This document shows, piece after piece, positions 22,849-34,866 of a stretch of 62,309 nucleotides of DNA. Source of the DNA: Chrysochromulina tobinii (lineage: Eukaryota); the NCBI GenBank assembly GCA_001275005.1, contig JWZX01003208.1, positions 1 to 62,309 on the forward strand, in the 5' to 3' direction. The notes beneath the pieces were generated by a model that made no database searches, had not been told where the DNA came from, and worked only from the letters and a program-made list of their open reading frames with translations. A program made the position numbers and the translations under genes. Each line of letters begins with the position of its first letter. Position 1 is the stretch's first letter.

Positions 22849-25800
22849 ATGGCGACCTCTGCGCGGCGACCAGCCCGGGAACACCATCTGACGCCAGAGA
22901 CGCTGCAGAAAACGCCGTTCACGCCGCTCGGCCGTTGCCCGATTGGCACGCCGACCACCCAGATCGCCACCAAGATCGCTGCTCATCTGCCGATCAGCGC
23001 TTCGGCCACCGAGTCGCTGGTCGAGGATTGCGATGGCGCCTGCCGGTCGCTGCAAAGCACGCTCGCTGGGTTGGCTCTGACGGTGAACGCTCTGCCGCCA
23101 TTATTTTCGATGCCGCCATTGTTTCCGATGCTCTCCGTGCCCACTGCCGGGGCCCACAGCCTCGAGCCGCCAGCACCGCTCCCAGATTTTGTGGGTGCTC
23201 CATCGGCGTGCCGCCGGTCGCCTGTGCCGCTCTCGGAACTGTTGGACCTGCAGATGCGTGGCAGCAAGGTGAAGGCTGCCGAGACGAGCGAGCTGCTCGC
23301 CGAGGTGGAGCGCGAATGGCGCGAGCTCGAGCACGAGATTCAGGAGGTGCGCGACGAGCGAGCCGACACAGCTAACTCCCGCCGCCAGGCAAAGGCGCTG
23401 CGGCAGTCGTTCCGCAAGTGGCACGCGACGGTTCAGCGGTACCAGCGCGCCGCCATGGCCACGTGCCGCGCAATGCGCAGGCTCTTTGACAAATGGCGCT
23501 GCACCGCAGGCAGCCTGCGGCGGCTGATCGCGCTTGCACAGCACATCGTGCGCCCTCGGCTCCGGCGCGGCTACCTTAGGCTGCTCACGCACCACGCCGA
23601 GCGCCGTCGTGAGCATCGGCTGCTGAGCGCTTCCGTCGCGCGCTTTCGTCGCCGAATGCATGCCGAGTGGCGCACTTGGGCATCCGCGGCCGTAGCACGG
23701 TGCGAGGCTCACGCCACGATGCGGCTCGCTGTGCGTGCGCTCACGACACACCGTCGGGCGGTTGGGTGGCGCAGGTGGCGCACGGCCGGCGAGGCGATCA
23801 CCGTCGCGAGGGCGCGGCTCGGCGCGTCGCTCGCGACGATGCGCCGTCGCGCGCGCGCGGCTGCGTGGTGTGAATGGACACACTACGCTCTCGAGCGTGC
23901 CGGGGCCCTCGAGATTCGTCAATGGTGCGCCCGTCGGCTTTGCACGCGCGAGAAGGCGCTGGCGTGGGCGCGCTGGGTAGCGCTCGCAGCGGCATGGGTG
24001 CAGCGCGTCGAGATGGTCTTTCAGTGCGTTGCGCGCATGCGCCAGGAGCAGTTGACCATCGGATGGTTCACGTGGGCATTCAAAAGCCGTGAGCTCCGGG
24101 CCTCGCTCGAGGCCATCCACGACGCGTGCGACGCCCTCGTCCACAACCAACGCCGCCGCGCGTTCGACCATTGGAGGGAGCGCGTGGAGGAGCGTGCCGC
24201 GGCAGCAGAGCACGCGCGCGCCGTGATGAGCATGCTCTCTTCACAGGGCAGAGCGTTGCGCGCCGCTCTGTGGCGATGGGCGGCTGAGCATGCATCGATA
24301 CTCGAGCTGCAACGGTTTGCGCTTCGGTTACTCGACGCGAAGCTCGCGGCGGCGTGGCGCGTCTGGTCAGGGCGGAGTGCGCAGCTGCAGCTTGCCGCAA
24401 CGGCCGCGTGTCAGCAGCGACTCGCCGAGCTAGGCGTCGCTTTACGCACCTGGATTGCAGCTTTGGACGACGCCGACGCGGCGCGGCAGCAGCTCGCGGA
24501 TGCCGTGAGCACGATGCAAGCCCTCGAAGTGGCCATCGCCTTTCGCACCTGGTTCGCGATCGTTGACGCCGCACGCGCGCAGCTCGTTGCCACCGTGCGC
24601 GCGTGGTCGCCCGACGGCCGCGCGATGCGTCGAGTGTTCAACTCATGGGCACACGCAGCAGATGGTCATCGCCAGCTGCTCGCGGCGGCGGTGCGCCTGC
24701 TCGCCGCCAACCTTCTCAAGGCATTCAACGGCTGGACGGCTGCGGCGACCGAGCGGCAGCGGCTCTGGCATACGGCGGGGCGGCATCTCTCGAACGCGAG
24801 CGTGCGGCGCGGGCTCCATTCATGGCGAACGTTCACAGCCGAGCGGCAGGCGCTGGTGCAGCAGGCTGCCAGATGCCTGGCGTCGATGAAGCAGTCGAGC
24901 ATGCGCGCGAGCCTGAACACGTGGATGTCGTATGCCGAGGCGCACGCCGAGGCGTCGCGCGTGCTGGCCGGCGCTTTGAGCTCGCTTCAGCTTGCGGGCC
25001 GTGCGATGCGCAGGGCGTTCAACTGCTGGTGCGTTGATTGCAACTCGCTGCAGTCCATGCAGCGCGCGACAGCTGCGCTGCGGTTGCGCGAGGTGCGTGT
25101 CGCGTTCAGCATTTGGCACGAGCATGTGTGTGGCGACGGCGAGCGCAACGCTGCCATGCGGCGCGCGGTGGCGTCGATGATGCAGTCGAGCATGTGCGCG
25201 AGCCTGAACACGTGGATGTCGTATGCCGAGGCGCACGCGGAGGCGTCGCGCGTGCTGGCCGGCGCTTTGAGCTCGCTTCAGCTTGCGGGCCGTGCGAAGC
25301 GACATGCAATGCGCAGATGGTGGGCCCGGACCAACGTGGCCCGGACCGACCACGTGGCCCGGACCGACCACGTGGCCCGGACCGACCACGTGGCCCGGAC
25401 CGACCACGTGGCCCGGACCGACGTGGCCCTTTGCGTGCGCAGCGTGGCGCAGGGCTTTCGTCTCGCGGGCAGACGGCGCGCGATGACGAGCTGGATGGCT
25501 CATGCGAGCGAGGCAGCTCGGCGGCGGGCGGCGGCACTTGGCTTGCGCCTCGCGGGGCAGCGGGTGGCGCTCATGACGGCGCTCAGGACTTGGGTCGGTG
25601 TGGCCGAAGCCGCCGCCGAGGCGAGATTGCACCTCGAGGCCGTTGAGCTCCACTGGCTCCCGCTCAAGGTGCTCGTCTCGGCGCGGGGGCGTGCGCTGCG
25701 TGCCGCCTTTGGGGCGTGGAGTGACAATCGTCTACGCACCTTCCGCGCCGCGCGCGCCGTGGGAGTTAGGCTTGAGCGCCGTTGGATCGTTGGTGCGTGG

Positions 25801-28363
25801 AAGAGCTGGCAGGCGCTGTTTCGGGTGCGTCGGCGCGAGGCGACGTCGGCAAGGCATGCGGCGACGCTCTTCCACGCTCGCGCGTGGCGCCAATGGCGTG
25901 CATTCGACCTCCGTCAGCTCCAGCAGCAGGACCAGCTCAGCTGCGCGTGCAATCGCATCCAGGCCTTCCTCCGGCTCGTCAAGGGAGGGTGCGCTATGGT
26001 CGCCTGGAAGGCCTTCACCGCCGCCCGGCACGTCGAGCAGCTCGACAGCAGCCGCGCCTACTGGCGATCGGGGATTCGTCAAAAGGCGATCGCCTTCAGC
26101 GCCTGGCGCTCGTGTGCAGAGGCCGGCGTGCTCGTGGGAATCGTCGTGGGCACGGCCCTCGAGCGCAAGGCTTATGCTCAGATCGCGCGCACTTTCACCA
26201 CGTGGCAATCGATCGCCGCGTTCGGACTCATGATCAGCGCCGCCGAGGAACTCTTCGAGGTTCGCGCGAGCTCGCGTGCGTGGCGCGTGTGGGCGGGAGC
26301 CGCGCGCGTGGCGGCGCTCGAAGATGCCTTCGACACCCGCCCACGCTCGTCGCTCCCGCCCAGCTTTGATCTGGTCGTGCAGCGAGCATGTGGGCGCTCC
26401 CAAAGTTACCAGGTCGCATGCGGATGGCGCCGTTGGGTTCGCCATACGTACCTGCTCGAGCTCTCTGCCCTACCGGTCGCGCAGCTCGTCGCATCGCCGC
26501 GTGGGCTGGTACGGCGGCGATTGCTGCGCCGCGCTCTCCAGGCTTGGCGTCACGGCGCGCGTAGGCCGCTCAGAACGGCGCTCCAACGGCCCCAGCAGGG
26601 GAGTCCAATCCGCCATCGGGCGCCGTCGGGCGCCGTGTCGGGCTCGTCCACCCCGCCGTCCAGCCGTCTTGTGCAGCCGCAGCCGCTCAGCCCTCTCGAG
26701 CAGGCACAGGAGAGGCTTCGGTTGCTCTCCCAGCCCTCCCAGCCACCATACCCTGCGCAGCCCCGTCCGCCCCTCAGCCCTGACCACTCCACTCCACTCC
26801 ACTGGACGGGCCAGGCGCAGCCCCCCTTTCCCAGTCAGCCCCCCAGCCCTCTCGCCGCAGCACAGGAGCGGCTTCGGCTGGCGCGTACCGGTACCGCCAT
26901 CGCCGCATCCACCTCCGCCGCCTCCTCCTCCCCCCCCCCTCGACGCCGCTGCCGCCGCTCTCGCCTCTGAGGTCTCCTCCCCCGCCTCTGCCCCGTCCTC
27001 CCTCGCCTCCTCCTTCTCCTCCTCCGCCGCCTCCTCCCCCCCCGCCGCCGCCGCTTCTGCCACCTCCTCCCTCGCCGCCACTGCCGCCACCGCCGCCTCT
27101 GCCGCCTCGGCTCACCGAGCGCGAGGGCTGTGGGAAGGCGCTGGTGTGGCCGCCGCCGCCGCCGCCTCCCATGCCGCTGCCGCACCCGCGCCCGTCACCG
27201 CCGCCGCGCCTGTCGCCTTCGCTTCTGCCGCTACCGCGCCCGAGCCCACCGCCGCCACCCCCCCTGCCCCCCCTGCCCCCCCTGCCCCCCCTACTCCCCC
27301 TGCTCCCCCTGCTCCCACTGCCGCCCTATGGGAGCGATGGGAGCGGCCGGTGAGCACTCGCGAGGAGGAACTCCGGCGGCAGCGGGAGGAGGGCGAGCGC
27401 CGTCGTCTCGAGGCACAGCGTACCGAGGAAGAGCGCCGAAGGAAGGCTGAGGAGGAGGAGCGGGAGCGGCGCAAGCAGGTGCAAAAGGCGCGCTCGCTCT
27501 CGTTTGAGCGCAAGCGGAGGAAGAAGCAGGAGGAGGAGGAGCGCAAGGTTCGTGACGAGGTGGCGGCCAGGGAGGGGCTCGCGCGTAAGTGGCATGAGGA
27601 GGCTGGAATGAAGGGAGCCGGGGCAGATGGACGCATGCAGGCGAGCCTTGAGGCAGCGGGGGTCTCCATTGGTGTCTCGGTCTCTGAGCGCTCGGCCGCC
27701 GCCAACGCCGCCGCGCTCAACGAGCTCAAGGAGCGTGGCAAGGGTGCATCTCTCATTCGTCAAGAGGTTCGTCAAGACGTGGATGCATCTCTCATTCGTC
27801 AAGAGGTTCGTCAAGACGAGGATGCATCTCTCATTCGAGATCTCGATGCAGAGCCGGGGGCCTCGCAGCTCAAATCTCCGGAGCTCAAATCTCCGGAGCT
27901 CAAATCTCTGGAGCGCAAATCTCCGGAGCTCATCCAGCAACATTCACGCGAGATGGTCGTCGACTGGCCGGCTGCGCGTGGCGATACCGAGCATCAAATC
28001 TCGGTGAGCAAGATGATCAAGACGCTCAATCGGGAGATCGCCATCTCCCCAACGGTCGCTGTTGCCTCGCCCGCGGCCGTCGGCATCCGCTCGACCGCCC
28101 TGTCCCAGCGGCCCGAGATGCTGGAGCGCCGTCACGAGCGCTTGCAGGCGCAGAAGGACCAGCAGCAGCAGGGGCAGCAGCAGGGGCAGCAGCAGGGGCA
28201 GCACCCGAAGCAGCAGCCGAAGCAGCAGCCGAAGCAGCCGGGGCACCAGGGGCAGCAGCAGGGGCAGCAGCAGCCGAAGCAGCAGGGGGGGCAGTCGGAA
28301 GCCTCGTTAAATGAGAGGGCCGCAGCACTTCGGGCGCGGCTCGGGCTCGCTCGGACGCCGTGA
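22849..28363 (+). CDS. Sfi1-like Trp-repeat helical protein with low-complexity C-terminus; frame change near C10 run 26930-26939
   Basis: Many R/K..F..W repeats (RRAFDHW, RRVFNSW, LKAFNGW) typical of centrin-binding Sfi1 repeats; removing one C joins the two long ORFs. Start codon uncertain. Confidence 0.6.
25322..25428 (+). repeat. 18-nt coding repeat (ARTDHV)n
   Basis: gcccggaccgaccacgtg about 6 times. Confidence 0.95.
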
Positions 28364-28589
28364 CATATCGTCCGCGTACGTGAACGGGAGGCTGGTAGCA
28401 AAAGCCAAGGTGACGAGAGCGGTGTCACACGATCGCTCGCAGTCGTACTAAGTAGTCAGTGATTCAGGCCCTGACTCTGCGCGAGGGGAGGGGCGCGGCT
28501 GGGGGAAGCAGATTGTCGTTTACGAGCATGAGAACGACGTGAGTGTGAATAAATAAATCTCCGAAGAAACTTGCAGTCGACGCTCGCAG

Positions 28590-31292
28590 ATGGTGTGCAT
28601 GCGCCGCGCCAGCCGCAGAGCGAGCGAGCGAGCGCAGCGCGCGCGAGCTCCTTGCCGACGCCGCGATCCATTTGCCTAGACCTCATGGTTCCATCGCTCT
28701 GCCAGCGCCACTCTGCCAATCTTGACCTGCCCATCTTCTGCCGCCTTCGCAGCCGGGCTGGGACTGGGGCTTCCTGAATGACAAGTATGACTTTGTCATC
28801 GACGTGTCCACCGGTCAGAAAATCCTCGTGGACAAGACGACCCCCAAGTATAAGCTGGATGCGTCGGGTAACATCTTCAAGGGGCCGCCAATCACGGACA
28901 CCCAAACGAAAGAGTGGACCACAGCCGGATGGGTCGGCTCGCTCGACTTTGCTTCTCTTGTCGTCGCCGCGCTGGAGCCGGCGGTGCCCGCGGGCTGCAA
29001 GGCGCTGGAGTACTTTCGCGAGACAGCCAGCCGCGACGAGCTGGACAGCCGCCTCCGCGCGGCCCAGCTCGCTGGTTTCAGCGACCTTGTGTGGGCGGCG
29101 GTCGAGAGGCTGCGCACCGAGCGCACCGCCGCCGAGGTGCAGGAAAAGTTCCTGACGGATGGCATGGGCCTGCTCGAGTACAGCGACCTGAGCACCTTCT
29201 TTGGTGGCCTCGAGGCCAAGGTCGGCGCTCCGAATCCCAAGATTGTGGATGCGATGGCCGCGGAGCATACGGAGCGCGACGACTCGAATGTCGAACTCGT
29301 CTCGAGCAACCACCATATAAAGACCACCTCCGCGATTGAGTGGCGCTTCGTCGTCGAGCCCGACCGCCCGCCTCCCGAGGGCTGGCCTGCCGAAGCGAAG
29401 CTGCTCGCTGCCAAGTTCCGCGCACCGATGCCGATCGCCGATATGGAGCTGCGGCTCACCGAGCGGAACGCGCGGCTGCGAAAGATCAAGGAGCCGTCAT
29501 TGATCCTCGCGGAGGGCTTCGGAGCACGGCTGTACACTGGGCCTCTGTTCACCAAGGTAGGATTGCCCACCGCCCGCACGACCCCTTTTCCACACAACCC
29601 TGCATTTTCCTCAGTGGCTGAGCGCTGCCCTGAAGCTTTGTGGTTTGGTTCGACGCTCTCTCTCTTCCCACACAGTACAATGGCGTCTTGCGCGGCATCG
29701 ATAGCAGCGTGCCGTTTCTCCGAGCTCAGTTCGAGATATTGTGCTTGGGCAACAAGTACACCACGACGCTGCATGCGATCAACTCGGCGATAGTCAAGCT
29801 GAGCAAGCTCACAGCGGCGACCAAGGTGTATCGCGGCTTGAGTGGCATGGGGCTGCCCGATGCGTTTTGGCGGGCCAACGAGTTTGGCGTGCGTGGAGGG
29901 ATCGAGGCCGCGTTCATGTCGACGACCACCGACCGCAAGGTGGCGATGGACTATGCATCGTCCTCGGGGGCCGCCGGCTCGGGCATCGTCTTCGAGGTCC
30001 TGCAGGGCATGATCAATCGCGGCGCCGACATCACCTTCCTCTCCATGTACCCGCACGAGCAAGAGGTCTTGTTTGCGCCTCTGACGGGGCTCGAGGTGCA
30101 CTCGATGCGCGTGGAGGACGCGGTGCTCGTCGTGAGCGTCGGCCTGTCCATCAACCTCACCGCCCTCACGATTGAGCAGGTGATCGGCAAGCGGCGCAAG
30201 CTGCTGGGCGACATGGCAGCCGGGGTGTGCCTCGAAGTGCGAGGCAAGCTCGGGTCGGCAATCGGTCCGCTGTCTGCGACCCTTCTCGATCGCGAGCTGC
30301 AGGCGGTCGCACTGAAGGAGTCGCCCGACTATTACAATGAAGATACGAACTTCAAGAAGGCGGTCGATGGCGTGCTGGCCGCGAAGCAGGTCGCGCTGTC
30401 GGGGGGTGGCGAGAGGCTTGCATTGTGGGGCCGGCGGCTGACCGCCGATGATTCGCGCCGAGTCGCCCAGCTGCGAGAAGCAGGTGCAAAGTCGTGGGAA
30501 CTGCGTGCGGCGGGCAAGGGCGGCTTTTCGGTGGCGGCGTTGCTACAGGGTGGCTACGAGGTGGCCAGTCTCGTTCGGGGTGATGCTGCTTGGGTTGCAG
30601 CAAGTGACAAAGAGCTCAAGGCGGCCGGGTTCGACGCGGCGGCCTTGATGGCAGCGGGAGCGACTGTTGCGGAGCTGAGGCGTGCAGGCTTTTCAGGCAA
30701 GGACGCGAGAGAGGCCGGCTTTTCATGCAAGCAGGCGAGAGAGGCCGGGATGCTGTCAACATGCAAGGACGCGAAGGAGGCTGGCTTTTCATGCAAGGAA
30801 GTACGGGAGGCTTGCTTTTCATGCAAGGACGCGAGGGAGGCCAGCTTTTCATGCAAGGACGCGAGAGAGGCCGGCTATTCAATCAAGCAGGCGAGGGAAG
30901 CCGGCTTTTCGTGCAAGCAGACAAGGGAGGCCGGCATGCTGTCGACCTGCAAGGACGCGAGGGAGGCTGGGTTCAAACCGAAGGAGTGCATGCAGGCCGG
31001 CTTCACATACGAAGAGGGCACGGCGGCTGGTTTCCGTGGTTCTTATCATTTTTGGCACAAATGTAAGCGCTCGCTGAGGATCGAACTCAGACTGCCCCTT
31101 GCCACCGTCCCCCTCCGCCTGGCGAGGCGGGTCGCGGCGGCCGCGCCGTGCTGCCCGCGGTGCGGCCCGCGGTGCCCTGCGTGCGGCCCGCCGGCGTGGC
31201 GAGCCCGCGCTGCCGACTCTCGCCCCCTCATGCTGGCGTCCTCGCGTGGCGGCGCAGATAATCTTGATTGGGATGGGACGAGACTTGGTTGA
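28590..31292 (+). CDS. Mono-ADP-ribosyltransferase (R-S-E class) with C-terminal AGF decapeptide repeats; probable introns 28593-28752, 29557-29675, 31063-31257
   Basis: RLYTGPLFTK|YNGVLRG, KVYRGL, FMSTT, EQEVLF (R, STT, ExE); repeats AREAGFSCKD; spliced end KYNLDWDGTRLG*. The ATG micro-exon start is tentative. Confidence 0.85.
30610..31035 (+). repeat. Coding 30-nt tandem repeat (AREAGFSCKD-type decapeptide)
   Basis: gcgagggaggccggcttttcatgcaaggac-like units, same family as 2375-2730. Confidence 0.95.
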
Positions 31293-31945
31293 TGCCGCCT
31301 GCCCGCGGGACAGCCCTGTCGTGCCGCGATCCCAAGTGTATCATCCTCTATGCTACGGGCACCTACCAGCCGACGTTGAGCCGCCTTCCAGCCGAGATGC
31401 AGGGGGTTGATTGTCAGCCCCATACGAGAATCGAACTCACGCGCGCGCCCTCCCGGCGAGGCGGCGACACCACGCTCGCGCCGTTTGCATGCGGCCCGAC
31501 GGCATGCTTGGCGAGCCCGCGCTGCCGAGTCACGCCCGCTTGTGCGCGTGGCGTCCTCGGTCCTCGCTGGCACAGAACATGTGTTTCTCTCGGCTCCACC
31601 TCCGTACCGCCCTATGTCTGTGAATGTGTTGCAAAACGGCCTGTAAGAACGCTTCACAGTATAAAGGCGAGGCCTTTCTCCTTTGCACTTACGGTCTTAT
31701 CGTCATTCTCATATTCGGCTCTTTGTTTTTAAATCAAAAATGATCTCGTCCCGCGTGTAACGTTTGGGTCCTATCAATAGGGTTCTATAATCTATATAGC
31801 CGTTAGTTAGCCGTTTTCCAACATGAACGCTTTCGTTTTACCAACCCGGCGCGGACTGCGCGCACCCGCGCAGGCGGTGATCCCACGAGATCCCACGAGG
31901 CACCTGCGGCCCGGTGGGAGTGCCAACTCGCTGCGTGGGTGTCCC

Positions 31946-32692
31946 TCACGCCGACCACCAGATGAACTCGTCGGCGCTCGCGCCGCCCGCTGCGAGCATG
32001 TGCATGTACGGCAGCCGCTCGAAGACGGCTATGGCTCGCGGTACTGTGAGCTCAAGCGGTGTCCAGCTCTGGGCGACGCGCGCAAACGCTTCGGCGGCGG
32101 CCGCACGATCATCGGGCTCGGCCGTCCAGCGCACCAGCGTCGAGTGCACGATGTCCGGGATGTGCGGCGGTACTTCGCCCTCTGGAGCGCCATTGAGCGG
32201 CGTGCCCAGAGAGCGGTCGCCACCGCCCTCGACCGCCACGCCACCGGCCGCGACGATGGCGTCGCGAAGCGCCGCGCGCATAGCCGCAATCGCACCGTCG
32301 AGGTCCGCGTAGCGCAGGATCCCCGCGGCGCCCTCGAGCGTAGGTGCCTCCATCCGCAGCCGGACTGGCTGCGTCGGCCAAGTTGGAGACGCCTTGGCCT
32401 TGGCAAGCACCGGCTCCCAGAGGGCCACGCACGCCTCGACTGCGGAAGAATCCATCGCGCCGTGCGTGAAGGCGCGCAACGTCGCGATGGTGCAGTGAAG
32501 CGTCGATGGCGGGTACACGTAGGCTGCAGCCGGCAGCTCAGCGCGCAGCTTCTCGCACAGTGAACCAGCCTGCGACTGGACATCGGACGGCATCGGCCAC
32601 GCGCACACCAGCACGAGCCCGCACACGTTCTCGCCGTCGAAGCGGTCGCCCGCTGCGAGCCGCGCGACTGTCGGGTTGGCCCAGGTCACCAT
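31946..32692 (-). CDS. 2H phosphoesterase superfamily protein
   Basis: Two H-x-T motifs (LHCTI, VHSTL) about 115 aa apart. Confidence 0.65.
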   Translation of the reverse strand: MVTWANPTVARLAAGDRFDGENVCGLVLVCAWPMPSDVQSQAGSLCEKLRAELPAAAYVYPPSTLHCTIATLRAFTHGAMDSSAVEACVALWEPVLAKAKASPTWPTQPVRLRMEAPTLEGAAGILRYADLDGAIAAMRAALRDAIVAAGGVAVEGGGDRSLGTPLNGAPEGEVPPHIPDIVHSTLVRWTAEPDDRAAAAEAFARVAQSWTPLELTVPRAIAVFERLPYMHMLAAGGASADEFIWWSA

Positions 32693-32822
32693 CAATTGTA
32701 TGACTAATAAGGCAGGGAATGCGAGCACCGCCCTTTCCAAAAGTTGAGTCTGTGGCTCACAGCCGTTTCATTCAACTTGAAAGTTGCGAGTTTGGTCGGA
32801 GAGGCCGCGGCGGCCGCGGCTG

Positions 32823-34767
32823 ATGGGCGTCTTGCCGTCGCCCGCCGGCCATCAGGCGGTCGGTGGCGGGAAGGACATCGCCTTCTTCGCGGGCGTCATC
32901 CTGCTCATCAACAACATCACAGGGCCGGGCGTACCTTCCTTGCCGAATCTGTTTGTCGAGGCTGGTTGGCTGCCGCCGACGGCATGCATCATCTGCATGT
33001 GGGTGGTGACGACCCTGAGCGCGTCCATATTTGCCGAAGCGATGGATCGCATCCCCGGCAATGAGGGGTTCAAGGGCCGCGTCGAATTCGTCTCCGTCGT
33101 CGACCATTATTTCGGACGGAGGATGTACGTTGCCAGTCAGATCGGCCTCAACGGCGCGCTCATGTCTCTCAACATCATTTCGGTAATCCTGTCAGCGCAG
33201 GTGATGGACGTGCTGATCTCGGCCCTGTTTGGTAAATCATGCGGCCTCAACCTCACGCCATTTGCCCTGTACAGCAATGCCACGTCCAGCGGCTCTCCCA
33301 TCCCCGGCTCGGATCGTGTCTTCTCATGCATCGACTCGGCTGACCTGAGCCACGGCAACGGCTGGGGCTGTCACATTGTGCTCTCGCTCGGGTACGTGCT
33401 CACCGCGGCGATGGCGATCCCTTGCGGCGCGTGGAACCTCGACGACAACATGATCATCCAAAAGGGCGCCTTTGGCCTCACCGCGTGCTGCTGGCTCATC
33501 TGGATCTTGGCCGCCCTCAGCATGGCCTCGGGTGGTGGCGGTGCTGGTGGCGCTGATGCTGGTGGTGGTGCTGCTGGTGGTGGTGCTGCTGCTGGTGACG
33601 TGGCGGCCTCCGCTGAGCTCGGCCTGCACGCCCTGGTCCGCTCCACCTCCTCGCGGCTGCCCGCGATCAACAACAACCCGCAGCTCGGCTCGGTAGCGGG
33701 CGTGCTCGGTGGCATCCTCTTCAACTTCGGGTTCGTCACCACAGTCCCCTCGTGGCTCGAGATGGCATGCAAGTGCTCACCACGGCGCCATCCCCCCCCT
33801 TTCCCACAGGTTCGTCACCACGGTCCCCTCGTGGCTCAATGAGAAGCTACCGGGCGTGCCCATCAATCGGGCACTCTGGCTCGCGACCACGTTCAGCGCG
33901 CTGCTCTTCGTGGCCATCGGCTTCACGGCCGCTCTGGTCTTCTCCGATGTGCTGCAAGGGCCGGTCACAGCGACGTGCGCGCGCCAGCTCGAGGACCCCA
34001 CCTTTGTCTGCGCCAACGACCTGCTGCAGTTGCTCTCGCAGCCGGCGACCGCGCCGTGGCAGTCGAGCCGGGCGGCAACGACCCTGCTGCAGGCCTCCGT
34101 CTATTGCTTCCCAATCTTCTCGATCGTCTCGTCGATCCCCGTCTTCTCGATCATCATCAAGTATAACCTCATCGAGAATGGCTTCTCGCGCGGCTTCGGC
34201 TTCGCGTGGGGCGTCATCTTCCCGTGGCTCGTCGGCTTCCCTCTGCTCTACATGCCCGACGTCCTCGGGCGCATCATCAACATTACCAGTCTCTTCTTTG
34301 TGTCCTTCTCCAGCTTTGTACTGCCACTCGCCCTCTACGTTGTCCTCCAGCGCAAGGCCGGCCACGTCCGCCTGCAGGCCCAGCCGGGCCTCGGCACCAC
34401 CCTCCTCGGCGGCACACACACGACGAGCACTGCCGAGCACTGCGCGCACACTGCCCCCTCCGCTGTGGGTGTGAATGTGAATGTGGGTGTGAATGTGAAT
34501 GTGACCCTCGCAATGGATGGTCGCGATGCAGGCTCCACCCCGGCGGCGGCGTCGGAGGACGAGGGAGGCTTCATGGCACTCGAGCAGCAAGGGCGCCACC
34601 ATGTGCTGCCACGCTCGTGGACGTGCTGCACGCCGCCCGTCCGCTCCGCGCTCGCGGTGGCCATCGCCATCCTCGTCACCGTGGGCTCGATGACTGCTCT
34701 CTACCTGACGATCACGCAGGGGACGTACGACGTCGATGCGAGCATTTGTGCGACGGTGGGCAACTGA
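32823..34767 (+). CDS. Amino acid transporter (Aa_trans/AAAP family); intron 33731-33809
   Basis: LLINNITGPGVPSLP...AGW; many TM segments; FNFG|FVTTVPSWLNEK after splicing. Confidence 0.85.
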
Positions 34768-34866
34768 ACGTAGAAGTTTAGAGTAAACATGACCTAACGC
34801 CGTCGTGGGCGTGTGAAGTTGCTGTGAGGATTTTTGCTCCTTCTCTCCCACCAACTCCTTGGAGCC

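Noticed and set aside
26930..26939. Programmed frameshift or pseudogene in the Sfi1-like gene
   Set aside because: The break falls in a C10 homopolymer and one base fewer restores the frame; sequencing error is more likely. Needs reads.
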